Part shown: positions 37,756-47,230 of the stretch, piece by piece | Layout: the number at the start of each line of letters is the position of its first letter | How positions within the stretch are numbered: position 1 is the stretch's first letter | NCBI GenBank assembly: GCA_013289585.1 | Contig: JABCZR010000005.1 | Coordinates: forward strand, 46,117-110,116 | Reading direction: 5' to 3' | Length of the DNA: 64,000 nucleotides | Source: Acidobacteriota bacterium | Lineage (GTDB): Bacteria > Acidobacteriota > Terriglobia > Acidiferrales > UBA7541 | Notes under the pieces: model-generated | Seen by the model: the letters and a program-made list of their open reading frames with translations, nothing else | Databases searched by the model: none | Told to the model about the DNA's origin: nothing | Position numbers and translations under genes: made by a program

Positions 37756-38231
37756 GAGGCCTCCGAGGTGCGAGGCGGGATGATAGCAGAAAAGGGGATA
37801 CCACCCCCGGCATTTGTAAGGATGTCAAAGGAAAGGGGTTGCGGGAGGGGGCATTTGTAAGTGTATGAAAGGAAAAGGGATTGGTTTGGGGCCTTGTGCG
37901 AATGCTTGTAAGGATTGAAGGTGGAGACATGGGAAGCCGAGACGCCACCCCCCCCCTGTTTTTTGTAAGTGTTGCATTTAAAGGAGTTAGCTTTGCAGCA
38001 AGTCTTTTGTTTGCAACACTTACGGAGAGATCCACAAGTGTTACCGCTAAAGGACTTACGGGGACGGACTGTTGGCGAGAAGGTAACCAGCAAGGATGGA
38101 AAGATGCTGGGGGAGTTAGAAAGACTAGCTGGCGGGCACGCATAGAAGTGGGGCACGGAAGGATCATGCCGCATTAAGACCTCTATTATACCACATTGGT
38201 ATAACTCGTCAAGTGATTACTTGTAAGTATA
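37752..38231 (-). repeat. Repeat-rich element with recurring TTGTAAG / CTTAC motifs; carries a 140-codon ORF (37752-38174)
   Basis: GGCATTTGTAAG at 37809 and 37850; TTGTAAG again near 37906, 37963 and 38221; inverted ACTTACGG near 38018 and 38054. Confidence 0.6.
38185..38212 (-). promoter_or_regulatory. Near-consensus sigma70 promoter with an overlapping 8-3-8 palindrome
   Basis: Minus strand TTGACG-N16-TATAAT with extended -10 TG; TTATACCA-CAT-TGGTATAA at 38186-38204. Confidence 0.7.
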
Positions 38232-38300
38232 ATCTATAAGTGCTGCGTTTGCTGATAAATAGCCAACTCTCTACAAATTGAGAGGAGAAAAAATGACCTG

Positions 38301-39155
38301 CTAGCCCGCCTGGCGGAGTTGGAACACGGGGATTTCCGGGCGCACGTTGAAGCGAACGCGGAGGAGGTGGCCAACGCCGCGGCTGATGTACATTCGGCGG
38401 TTCTCGGACAATTCGAATTTACCCGAGGTGTAGCGTTTGTTGAGTACCGGCAAGAGCGGCGGCGGTAGAAATGGCGGCTTTCACTGGCCCCCGTGGGTGT
38501 GGCCGGCAAGAATCCAGCCTTGGTAACTGCCCCGGATCGAGCGATCGGCGGCATCGGGATTGTGGCAGAGCACGACGGTGGAACTGTCCTGGCCTTTTTG
38601 CGCGAGTAGGTCCAGAGGATCGAACCGTGGTCCCCACAAGTCGTCAAGCCCGAGGAACTGCAGTCCCTCGAAGGTCGAGGCTTCATTGCGAAGCAGTGTG
38701 ATACCCGAGGCGCGAACGATCCGGGAGACCTCTTCCGCCACGTCAGCCATCCGCCAGCCGAATCCGTAATCGTGGTTACCGAGAATGCCGATAGTTCCGA
38801 AGCGACCGCGAGGAGCATGCATCAGAATACGACAAAGCTGCTCGAATTGGCGCGGGCTGCGATACGTGATCCAGTCGCCGGTGAAAACCACGAAGTCGGG
38901 AGCGAGTTGCTGAGTTCTGCGGAAGGACTCGATGATGTAGTTGTCGTCGACCTTGGGGCCAACATGCAGATCACTGAGCTGCGCGAGAGTGCGGCCCTCG
39001 AGTTCGCGTGGGAGTCCCGAGATTGGTAGCAAGGAGTAGGTGAATTGGAGCCAGTGAGGCTCGATGCGCCATGTGTACAGCCCTACCAAGGCCGTGCCAG
39101 CTCCGGCTATTGTCAGCGCTCTCAGGGCGTGACGTCGAGTCAGCTTTTTCATCAT
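38301..39155 (-). pseudogene. Metallophosphoesterase (YaeI/YkuE-like) with an in-frame TGA at 38481-38483
   Basis: SDLH, TGD, GNHD, HNPD and GHTHGGQ; then TGA followed by KPPFLPPPLLPV...SRGVG...RFNVRPEI to a TAG at 38301. Confidence 0.82.
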
Positions 39156-39423
39156 CAGCGGACAAGCTCTTGGTTTGAGACTCCCATAATCGCGGCGTAG
39201 CGGATATCTTATTATATGTGCAACGCTGGCTTGCTTAAGATGTTGCCATGTGTAGCTGCCAACAGGGACGAGCCGGGCTCAAACCAGGCCCCTGCGCAGG
39301 CGGGAGCCGGCGCTTGTGGAAGTGCGGGTACAATATTGCGCGGCGACTGATTGACGGCCTGGTGAGCGGCTCGCCTAGGAAGGCGAGCCCTACAGAAGAT
39401 GTGGCGGCCGAAGAGGGGCACGT

Positions 39424-39954
39424 ATGAAAAGGGGTTCTCGTGTAGGAGTTAGCTTGTTCACGGCGATTTGCTTTGTGTTGGGGATCGGCTCGCTGACGCG
39501 TACAAAGACACATTCGGCGAGTGCGAATGCGGGATCGAAGGGGGCGGGCGTGGCGACACAGGCGAAGGGGACGTTTGAAGTGAAAGTGGTTCCTCAGGCG
39601 GCGGAGGACAAGGTGGGCGACCCGACGGTGGGGAGGATGTCGATCGACAAACAGTTTCGCGGCGATCTTGAAGGGACGAGCAAGGGGCAGATGCTGGCGG
39701 CGATGACGGAAGTGAAAGGGTCGGCGGGGTATGTGGCGATGGAGCGGGTGGATGGAACGCTGCAAGGACGTAAAGGTACGTTTGCATTGCAGCACAGCGG
39801 AACCATGAATCGCGGAGTGCCGCAACTGAGCGTAACTGTGGTGCCGGATTCCGGGACCGGGCAATTGATAGGACTCGCGGGCAAGATGACGATCATCATC
39901 ACCGAGGGAAAGCATTCCTACGAATTCGAATACACGCTTCCCGAAGCCCCCTGA
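39424..39954 (+). CDS. DUF3224 family protein
   Basis: [38 protein letters not shown] and HSYEFEY. Confidence 0.85.
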   Translation: MKRGSRVGVSLFTAICFVLGIGSLTRTKTHSASANAGSKGAGVATQAKGTFEVKVVPQAAEDKVGDPTVGRMSIDKQFRGDLEGTSKGQMLAAMTEVKGSAGYVAMERVDGTLQGRKGTFALQHSGTMNRGVPQLSVTVVPDSGTGQLIGLAGKMTIIITEGKHSYEFEYTLPEAP

Positions 39955-40050
39955 GCATGACCGCGCTTCCGGGCCACATCCTGCTGAAGCGCGGACCAAA
40001 GTGACGCAGAAATCCGGTGATGAAATGGAGGGAGCGTTTTGGCGCCAACT

Positions 40051-41088
40051 TCAGGCCGGAATTCCTTCCACGATGGATTCGGGGACGGTGGTGGGGATGA
40101 CACGGCTTAACCGCCAGCCCGACGCGGCGAAGAGTTCGCGGAACTGTTTTTCGTTACGCTCGCAGCCACCGGGAAAAATCAGCATTTGCAAATCGAGGAA
40201 TTTTCCAGGGGCGAAGTCGTTGCCGGCTTGAATCACGTTGTCCACGACGAGGAGTTTGCCGCCGGGATTTACGGCTTCGCGGCAAGCTTTAAGGATCTTG
40301 ATGCACACGTCATCGGGCCAGTCGTGAATGATGTGTTTCATGATGTAGGCGTCGGCGCTCGCGGGAACCGAAGAGAACATATCGCCGGACGCGAGGGTGC
40401 AGCGGTCCATGACGGGCTTGAGCGGACCGTTCTTGGCGCCTTCCACGACGTGCGGCATATCGTAGAGCGTGCCTTTCAAATGCGGATTCCTTGCCAGGAT
40501 GGTCGCCAGAAGAAGTCCGTGCCCGCCGCCCACATCCACGATCGAATGAATTTCGCCGAACGAATAAGCGTCCGCCGCGGCTGGACTGTCGATGGTGGAT
40601 AAATCGCTCATGGCTTGATTGAAGAGTTTCCCATCCTCGGGGCGCTGCTCGAAAAATTGAAAGATGGGCATGCCGTAAATTTTGTCGAGGGCCGGCTTTC
40701 CCGTGCGCACACAATACTCGAGATTGGACCAGCCGAGCCCGTGCCAGTCCAGGCCGTGCATGATCGCGAACGCTCGCAAGCTGGGATTTGCGTTGCTGCG
40801 CAGGACGGCGGACAGCGGTGTTTCCGAGAACTTTCCATCGGGGCTTTCGGAAAGCACTCCTACGGAGGCAGTCGCGCGCAGCAACCGGTAGAGCGCACGC
40901 GGATCCGCTCCGGTCGGCGCGGCAAGCTCGTCCGCCGTCTTCGGTCCGTGTTCGACGAGATCGGGAATGCCGAGCCGAGCGAGGCAGGCAATCGCGCCGG
41001 TAATGAAGACCCCATTCAATAATTGAAACATGCCGACGTGGGCGGGAGGCTTCTGGGCTTGTGGGGTTGATGCAGTCATAGTGGTCAT
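40051..41088 (-). CDS. Class I SAM-dependent O-methyltransferase with dimerisation domain
   Basis: VDVGGGHG, GDMF, YIMKHIIHDW and GGCER. ATG at 41088 chosen. Confidence 0.9.
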   Translation of the reverse strand: MTTMTASTPQAQKPPAHVGMFQLLNGVFITGAIACLARLGIPDLVEHGPKTADELAAPTGADPRALYRLLRATASVGVLSESPDGKFSETPLSAVLRSNANPSLRAFAIMHGLDWHGLGWSNLEYCVRTGKPALDKIYGMPIFQFFEQRPEDGKLFNQAMSDLSTIDSPAAADAYSFGEIHSIVDVGGGHGLLLATILARNPHLKGTLYDMPHVVEGAKNGPLKPVMDRCTLASGDMFSSVPASADAYIMKHIIHDWPDDVCIKILKACREAVNPGGKLLVVDNVIQAGNDFAPGKFLDLQMLIFPGGCERNEKQFRELFAASGWRLSRVIPTTVPESIVEGIPA

Positions 41089-41218
41089 CCTGGATTGCTT
41101 GATTGGGTTCCGGAGTTGGGGACATTGTACACGCAACGGCACCGCAGCAAGGGTTTTTAGCCGGTACTTGGGGAAGACGTCGTGCCCAATATGGAGGCAG
41201 ATTGGCAGGGCGGAGTGC

Positions 41219-42157
41219 TCAGGGAAACTGCTGGGAGTGGAAAGAGAGGGAGGCTTCGAGATGGGAGGCGAAGTAGGACCAGTCGTGGCGACCGGGATAG
41301 AGATGGAATTCGTGGGGAATTTTACGGGAAGTGAGGATTTTGTCGAGAGCCGCAGCGCCGGCTTCGAAGCCGAAATCGTCTTCTGAGCCGCAGTCGAAAT
41401 AAATTTTCAAGCCGGAGAGAGAAGCGGTGCGGGCCAAAGTGAGCGGGCTGTTGCGCTCCCAGAACGCAGGATCGGGAGGCAGGCCGAAGACGCCGCCGAG
41501 AACGCGTGCGCGGCCGGTGGCGGGGGAGCCGCCATTTCCGGAGAGGAAGGCGGGAAGTTTTTCGATGAGGGCGGGGCTGTGGGCACTGACGGAAGAAAAT
41601 AATTGGGGATGCGCGAAACCGAGATGGAGCGCGCCGTAGCCGCCCATGGAAATTCCGGAGATGGCCCGATTGGCGCGGCCGGGGCGAGCGCGGTAGCGGC
41701 GTTCAATGAAGGGGAAAAACTCCTGAAGAAGGAAATCCTCGTAGCGGACTTTGCCGTCGCGGGAATTGATGTAGAAGGTGGCATCGCCGGCGGGAGTGAC
41801 GATTAGAAAATCCTTGAGGTGGCCTTTTTCGCGGAGATCTTCGATGAGGTTCCAGCCGCCGGTGTGAAGGAAGGTCTGCTCGTTGTCGCCGAGGCCGTGG
41901 AGGAAATAGAGGATGGGGAACCGTAGCGTTTTGTCGGCGTCAAAGCTGGCAGGCAGGAGGACGCAATAAGGCACGGGGTGAGCGAGGATTTTGCTGGGGA
42001 CGGAGTTGCACTCGACGCGGCCGGAGGCGGTGGCGGAGGGGAGGTAAAGGAAGTAGAGAACAGTAAGGAGGTAAAGGAAAAAGAAAAAGCGGATCCCTCG
42101 CTGCGCTCGGGATGACAGGTGATGGTAACGGCCGAGGAGAGTCACGCGAAGAGACAC
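41219..42157 (-). CDS. Exported alpha/beta-hydrolase (putative esterase family)
   Basis: YFLHGLG, GISMGGYGA nucleophile elbow, FDCG.ED and GRHDW. Confidence 0.88.
   Translation of the reverse strand: MSLRVTLLGRYHHLSSRAQRGIRFFFFLYLLTVLYFLYLPSATASGRVECNSVPSKILAHPVPYCVLLPASFDADKTLRFPILYFLHGLGDNEQTFLHTGGWNLIEDLREKGHLKDFLIVTPAGDATFYINSRDGKVRYEDFLLQEFFPFIERRYRARPGRANRAISGISMGGYGALHLGFAHPQLFSSVSAHSPALIEKLPAFLSGNGGSPATGRARVLGGVFGLPPDPAFWERNSPLTLARTASLSGLKIYFDCGSEDDFGFEAGAAALDKILTSRKIPHEFHLYPGRHDWSYFASHLEASLSFHSQQFP
42089..42117. repeat. REP-like short palindrome
   Basis: Minus strand TGTCATCCCGAGCGCAGCGAGGGATCCGC with an ATCCC/GGGAT stem. It resembles the TGTCATCC-type extragenic palindromes; one copy in this window. 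Confidence 0.55.
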
Positions 42158-42166
42158 ACAAACATT

Positions 42167-43528
42167 CTACTCATAACGGAGGGCTTCGACGGGATTGAGA
42201 CGGGCGGCGCGGGAGGCGGGGTAAAGGCCAGCGACGAGGCTGACGAGAACCGCGAAGCCGATGGAGAAGAGTACCAACCACCAGGGAACGGAGGAAATAT
42301 CCACACTGGGAAGATCCCGCCGGTGGAGGTAGAAGTTCGTGCCGAAATTGAGGGCGCGACCGATGAGCCAGCCGAGAAAAAGGCCGAAAATGCCGCCGAA
42401 GAGACCCATGACACCAGCTTCGAAGAAGAAAAGCTGTTTGACGTCGCGGTCAGAGGCGCCCAGGGCCTTGAGGACGCCGATTTCGCGGCGGCGTTCGAGG
42501 ATGGCCATGACCAAGGTATTGACGATGCCGAGCGTGGCGACGAAGAGTGCGAGGCTGCTAAAGATGCCAAGCAGCATATCGAGCACGCGAAAAAATGTGG
42601 CCAGGCTCTTGGAGGCGTCCAGGAGTGAAAATGCGCCGAAGCCCATGTTCTTGACGGAGGCTTCCAGGGCTTCGACGTAAGCCGGGCCCTTGGCGCGCAC
42701 GGTGAGGCTGGCGAAAGTGGGAGCGGAGGAAGTGCCGCGAACGATGTCGCGGAGATCGTTGACCTGGGCGGCGCGAAGGGTCATGGCGACTTGCAGGGGA
42801 ATGAGCAGGCGGCCGTTGCCATAGCCGCCGAAGCCTGAGGCAGGCTCGGTGTCCACGACGCCAACGATGCGCAGGCGCATTTCCTTGGGAACGACGGAGA
42901 AACCGCCGGGGAGGGATTCGGAATTGCTGGCGGAAGTGGCCTTGGAGTCCATCGGATTTGGCGGGATCGATTGGCGTTCGGCGTAACGGAGGACGAGGTC
43001 TTTTCCGATGAGAGTGGAAGTTTGCGCATTGAGCTCCTTGGCGAACTCGCTTTGGAGAATGGTTTCGTAAGCGGCGTCGCCGGAGAAGAAGGAACCCTGC
43101 ATACCGTCAAAGGAGCCGCTGGCTTTTGAAGATGCAGGCATGCCGGCGACCATGGTCGCGAAGGGCTTGCCATCGAATCGAACTTCGGTGAAAAAACGAA
43201 CCTGGGGATAGACTTCGACGACGTTGGGGAGACGGGAGATTTCCTGGCGCGCGGATTCGTCGAGGAGGCGCGGCGCTTGGTCCGAAGAAGGAGGCATGGC
43301 GGCGCGGCCCATACCGCGAAGATTCACGCGTGGGGTGACGAAAACGGAGTCGAAGAGGCCGCTTTGCGAAAGGCGTTTGGAGGCGAGCTGCTGGAGGCCG
43401 ACGCCGAGGGAAAGCATGGCGACGAGCGAGGCCACACCGACAGCGATGCCGAGAGTTGTGAGCGAATTGCGGAGAATGGCTTCGCGCAGATTGCGGAGCG
43501 CGAGGTCGCTGAGGTCGCGGGGCTTCAT
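42167..43528 (-). CDS. ABC transporter permease (MacB/FtsX family)
   Basis: LTTLGIAVGVASLVAM, ERRREIGVLKALGA and LNPVEALRYE. Confidence 0.9.
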   Translation of the reverse strand: MKPRDLSDLALRNLREAILRNSLTTLGIAVGVASLVAMLSLGVGLQQLASKRLSQSGLFDSVFVTPRVNLRGMGRAAMPPSSDQAPRLLDESARQEISRLPNVVEVYPQVRFFTEVRFDGKPFATMVAGMPASSKASGSFDGMQGSFFSGDAAYETILQSEFAKELNAQTSTLIGKDLVLRYAERQSIPPNPMDSKATSASNSESLPGGFSVVPKEMRLRIVGVVDTEPASGFGGYGNGRLLIPLQVAMTLRAAQVNDLRDIVRGTSSAPTFASLTVRAKGPAYVEALEASVKNMGFGAFSLLDASKSLATFFRVLDMLLGIFSSLALFVATLGIVNTLVMAILERRREIGVLKALGASDRDVKQLFFFEAGVMGLFGGIFGLFLGWLIGRALNFGTNFYLHRRDLPSVDISSVPWWLVLFSIGFAVLVSLVAGLYPASRAARLNPVEALRYE

Positions 43529-44253
43529 CGGGCGGCTCCGTTCGAAAGGAGTTTGCCGTCACCCATGACGGCGAGGCGATCGGCAAAGCGCTCAGCGAGT
43601 GGACGCTCGTGGGTGACCATGACGATGGTCATGCCGGGGTTTTTCTGGATTTCTTTAAGAAGCATGAGGATGGATTCGCCAGTCGCGCTGTCGAGATTTC
43701 CGGTGGGCTCATCGGCGAGGAGGATTTTTGGGCGGTTGACGAGGGCGCGAGCGATGGCGGCGCGCTGTTGCTCGCCGCCGGAGAGTTCGCCGGGGCGATG
43801 AGTGATGCGTTTGCCGAGGCCGACGCGCTCAAGAGCTTCGTGGACGCGGGCGGCGCGGTCGCTGCGGTCGACTTCGGCGAGGCGGAGAGGGAGCTCGACA
43901 TTTTCCTCGAGAGTCATGCGCGGGAGGAGATTGAAAGATTGGAAGACCATGCCGACGGTTTGACGGCGGTAGCGCGCCAGTTCGAGTGATGAAACGGTAG
44001 AGAGATCCTGGCCGTGCGCGATGACTGCGCCGGAGGTGGGGCGGTCGAGGCCGGCGATGAGATTGAGAAGCGTGGATTTTCCGGAGCCGGAGCTGCCGAG
44101 AAGGGCGAGGAATTCGCCGGAAGGGAGATCGAGAGAAACATCATCCACCGCGCGGATAACGGCTTCGCCCATGGTGTAGTGGCGGGAGATATGGTCGAGA
44201 CGGATGGCGGGTTGGCCATTCGGCATAGTGGATGGCGGCATCGTAGTTGGCAC
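43525..44253 (-). CDS. ABC transporter ATP-binding protein (LolD/MacB-like)
   Basis: GSSGSGKST, LSGGEQQR, LLADEPTG and VTHE. Confidence 0.93.
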   Translation of the reverse strand: MPTTMPPSTMPNGQPAIRLDHISRHYTMGEAVIRAVDDVSLDLPSGEFLALLGSSGSGKSTLLNLIAGLDRPTSGAVIAHGQDLSTVSSLELARYRRQTVGMVFQSFNLLPRMTLEENVELPLRLAEVDRSDRAARVHEALERVGLGKRITHRPGELSGGEQQRAAIARALVNRPKILLADEPTGNLDSATGESILMLLKEIQKNPGMTIVMVTHERPLAERFADRLAVMGDGKLLSNGAAR

Positions 44254-44424
44254 ACATCATAGTACGTAGAAACGGTGGGGAAAATTGCAGAAGTCGGGCG
44301 GGAAGAGAGAATCGCGGGAAGGGTGTCAGGCCGCGCGGTGGAAGATGCTGGCATCAGCTATTGTCAGCGGAAGATTGCGGCTAGAATGCCGGGCGGAAGC
44401 GAGAGCGGCATCACGGAGGCGTGC

Positions 44425-46632
44425 ATGAAAAAGATTCTGACGTTAATGGCGGCGGGGTGCTTCTCGACTGCGGCGTGGGCGCAGAAGCCGCCGCTCCTGC
44501 CGGAGAAGGATGTGGCGGCGCTGGCGAATGAGTTGAGCGGGGAGACGGCAAAACGGAATCTGGAAGTGATTGCGACGTTTCACAGGCAGCGGGGGTCGCA
44601 GGGGTTTCATGCGGCGGCGGAGCTGGTGGCGGAGCGCGCGCGGGCGTATGGGTTGAGCGATGTGGCGATACTGCAGTTTCCGGCGGATGGGAAGATTTTT
44701 TATGGCACGCAGAGATCGCGGCCGGCGTGGGACGCCGAGAGGGGTGAATTAACCGAATACCCGGATATTTCCTCGCCACTCTGTCAGGGATGGCAAAAGA
44801 CTGTGGAGGAAGCCCACAAGGAAGGAAAGGTGGGGGTCTTGATAATTTGCCTCAATGTGCTCGCGAACTATCAGGCAGAGCCGATTGTCCTCGCGGAAGA
44901 CAGCGAGTCGGCGGATGTGACGGCGCAACTGTTGGATGTGGGCGAGGGTACGAAGGAGAGCGACTACGCGGGCAAGGAGGTGAAAGGAAAGATTGTTTTG
45001 GTGAGTGCGCAGCCGGGGACGGTGCAGGATTTGGCGGTGGGGAAATTTGGGGCGGCGGGGATTGTGAGTTATGCGCAGAACCAGAAGACGGCTTGGTCGG
45101 GCGAAGATGAGAATTTAATTCGGTGGGGGCATCTGGAGACGTTTTCGGCGAACAAGACGTTTGCGTTCATGGTGTCGTTGAAGACGGCGCGGGGATTCAA
45201 AGAGCGGCTGGCGAAGGGAGAAAAGATCACGCTGCATGCGGTGGTGAAGGCGGGGCAGCATGCGGGGAATTATGAGGTGGTGACGGCGACGATTCCGGGG
45301 ACGGACCCGAAGCTGAAGGAGGAGGAGATTGCGTTTTCGTGCCACCTGGATCATCAGCGGCCGGGGGCCAATGACAATGCCAGCGGGTGCGTGACGATTC
45401 TGGAGGTGGCGCGGACGCTGCAGAAATTGATCAGTGAGGGGAAGCTGGCGCGGCCGGCGCGGACGATTCGGTTTATTTGGCCGCCGGAAATTGAAGGGAC
45501 ACTGGCGCTGCTGAATGGGCCGGGTTACATCGAGAATCCTCCGCATGAACGTCAGCCAGGTGAACCACCAAAGGCGCTTTTCCCTAGGGCGCCGTTTGAG
45601 AAAGATCTCACGAAGCGGATCAAAGCGGTGGTGCACATGGACATGGTGGGCGGGGGGCCGGAGACGAAGGCGGTGTTCCACGTGACACGCGGGCCGATGA
45701 GTTTGCCGAGCTTTGTGCATGACGTGGCGTGGGCGTTTGCGGAGTTTGTGAATGAGGAGTCGTACAAATTTGCTGCGACGGGTGAGGCGAAATTTCCGTT
45801 TGTGGCGCTCGAGGGCGGGAAGGAGCCGCTGCGGGCGGAGTATTCGGCGTTCACGATGGGAAGCGACCACGATGTGTACCAAGATTCGTCGTACGGCATA
45901 CCGGCGATTTATTTGAATGACTGGCCGGACCGCTACATTCATACGAATTTCGATACCGCGGCGAATATCGATCCGACGAAATTGAAGAGGGCAGCATTTA
46001 TCGGGGCGGCGAGCGGGTATTTTTTGGCGGGAATGAATGTTTCGGGCGCATTGGGGGTGACGGGAGTTATCGCGGAGCAGGCTGGACAGATGAGAATGGT
46101 CGAGAACATTCGAAGAATGAGAGCACTGAACGATCTGGATCAATCGAGTTCGCCGATCAATGAACACGATGTTTTCGTTGTTCAAACCTCTAAGTGTGAG
46201 TCGCAGGTTCGGCCTTCGGTCAAGCGCATTGTGCCCCAGGTTTCAGAACTTCAGGACTCCTGGGACATCAATGGAGACCCGGAGAAGCGGGCGCACACCG
46301 CCAAGGCAGAAAGAAGGCCAGCTGGCGATGGCTTACTGAAATTCAAGCGTCGAACAGAACCAAAAGGGCCGCTGGCGGTTTTTGGGTATGACTATTTTGC
46401 GGAGCATGCGAGAGCAGCCGGAGTGGCGACGCCGAAGCTGTTGAGTTATGAAGGATTGTGGGGAGCGGGGGAAGAATACGCGTATGAGGTGTTGAATTTT
46501 GCGGATGGGAAGCGGAATGTGCAGGAGATTCGAGATGCGGTTTCGGCGGAGTATGGGCCGGTGCCGCTGGAGATGGTGGTGGAGTATTTGAAGGCGCTGG
46601 AGAAGATTGGAATTGTAGAAACTGTGAAGTGA
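44425..46632 (+). CDS. Secreted M28 family peptidase with PA domain
   Basis: Signal peptide; CHLDH, GANDNASG, PPEIEG, HMDMVG, GSDH and YIHT. Confidence 0.85.
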   Translation: MKKILTLMAAGCFSTAAWAQKPPLLPEKDVAALANELSGETAKRNLEVIATFHRQRGSQGFHAAAELVAERARAYGLSDVAILQFPADGKIFYGTQRSRPAWDAERGELTEYPDISSPLCQGWQKTVEEAHKEGKVGVLIICLNVLANYQAEPIVLAEDSESADVTAQLLDVGEGTKESDYAGKEVKGKIVLVSAQPGTVQDLAVGKFGAAGIVSYAQNQKTAWSGEDENLIRWGHLETFSANKTFAFMVSLKTARGFKERLAKGEKITLHAVVKAGQHAGNYEVVTATIPGTDPKLKEEEIAFSCHLDHQRPGANDNASGCVTILEVARTLQKLISEGKLARPARTIRFIWPPEIEGTLALLNGPGYIENPPHERQPGEPPKALFPRAPFEKDLTKRIKAVVHMDMVGGGPETKAVFHVTRGPMSLPSFVHDVAWAFAEFVNEESYKFAATGEAKFPFVALEGGKEPLRAEYSAFTMGSDHDVYQDSSYGIPAIYLNDWPDRYIHTNFDTAANIDPTKLKRAAFIGAASGYFLAGMNVSGALGVTGVIAEQAGQMRMVENIRRMRALNDLDQSSSPINEHDVFVVQTSKCESQVRPSVKRIVPQVSELQDSWDINGDPEKRAHTAKAERRPAGDGLLKFKRRTEPKGPLAVFGYDYFAEHARAAGVATPKLLSYEGLWGAGEEYAYEVLNFADGKRNVQEIRDAVSAEYGPVPLEMVVEYLKALEKIGIVETVK

Positions 46633-46703
46633 ACGAAGAAGGAGAGAAATTGACCGAGCACTGCGCTTCATAGCGAAAGACGACGGATTTCAGGAGGAAC
46701 AAC

Positions 46704-47132
46704 GTGCCAACCATTGAAGGGAAAGCAGGGCGGTTGTGGATCGATGCGTACGTCAAGAAGGCGGGCAAGCTTCGAGGCGTGGCAAAGTCTGCGCGGGCGC
46801 TGGTGAAGAAGACAGCGGCGGGCTGCGAAGAATATGTGAGCCCATGGAAGAATCCGGCGTTTGATTCGAATGGACCGCTGTGCGTCATCGTGCTGGGGAA
46901 AGAACATCTGACGCTGGCATTCCTGCGTGGAGCGGCACTTCCCGACCCGGGGAAGTTGCTGGAGGGCGCGGGGAAGGGCGTACGTCACGTCAAGTTGCGG
47001 AGCTTGGCGGATGTGAAGCGGCCGGGGGTGAAGAAGCTGATAGCGGAAGCGGCGAAGTTGAACAAAAAGGATCCACCGTCTGGGAAGATGGTAGGAATGG
47101 ACAAGAGGCGCACGAAAGAGAGCAAGAAATAG
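46704..47132 (+). CDS. DUF1801 / YdhG-like protein
   Basis: WKNPAF, HLTLAFLRGAALPDPGKLLEG.GK.VRHVK. Confidence 0.8.
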   Translation: MPTIEGKAGRLWIDAYVKKAGKLRGVAKSARALVKKTAAGCEEYVSPWKNPAFDSNGPLCVIVLGKEHLTLAFLRGAALPDPGKLLEGAGKGVRHVKLRSLADVKRPGVKKLIAEAAKLNKKDPPSGKMVGMDKRRTKESKK

Positions 47133-47230
47133 CGGGGAGGATAGGAAGACGGGCGGACTAATGTCCGTGTTTCTGGTGTGCTAGCATCGAACTGCAGCGG
47201 CGCGTGGGTAGCACGACGCGGCAAGCGAAC

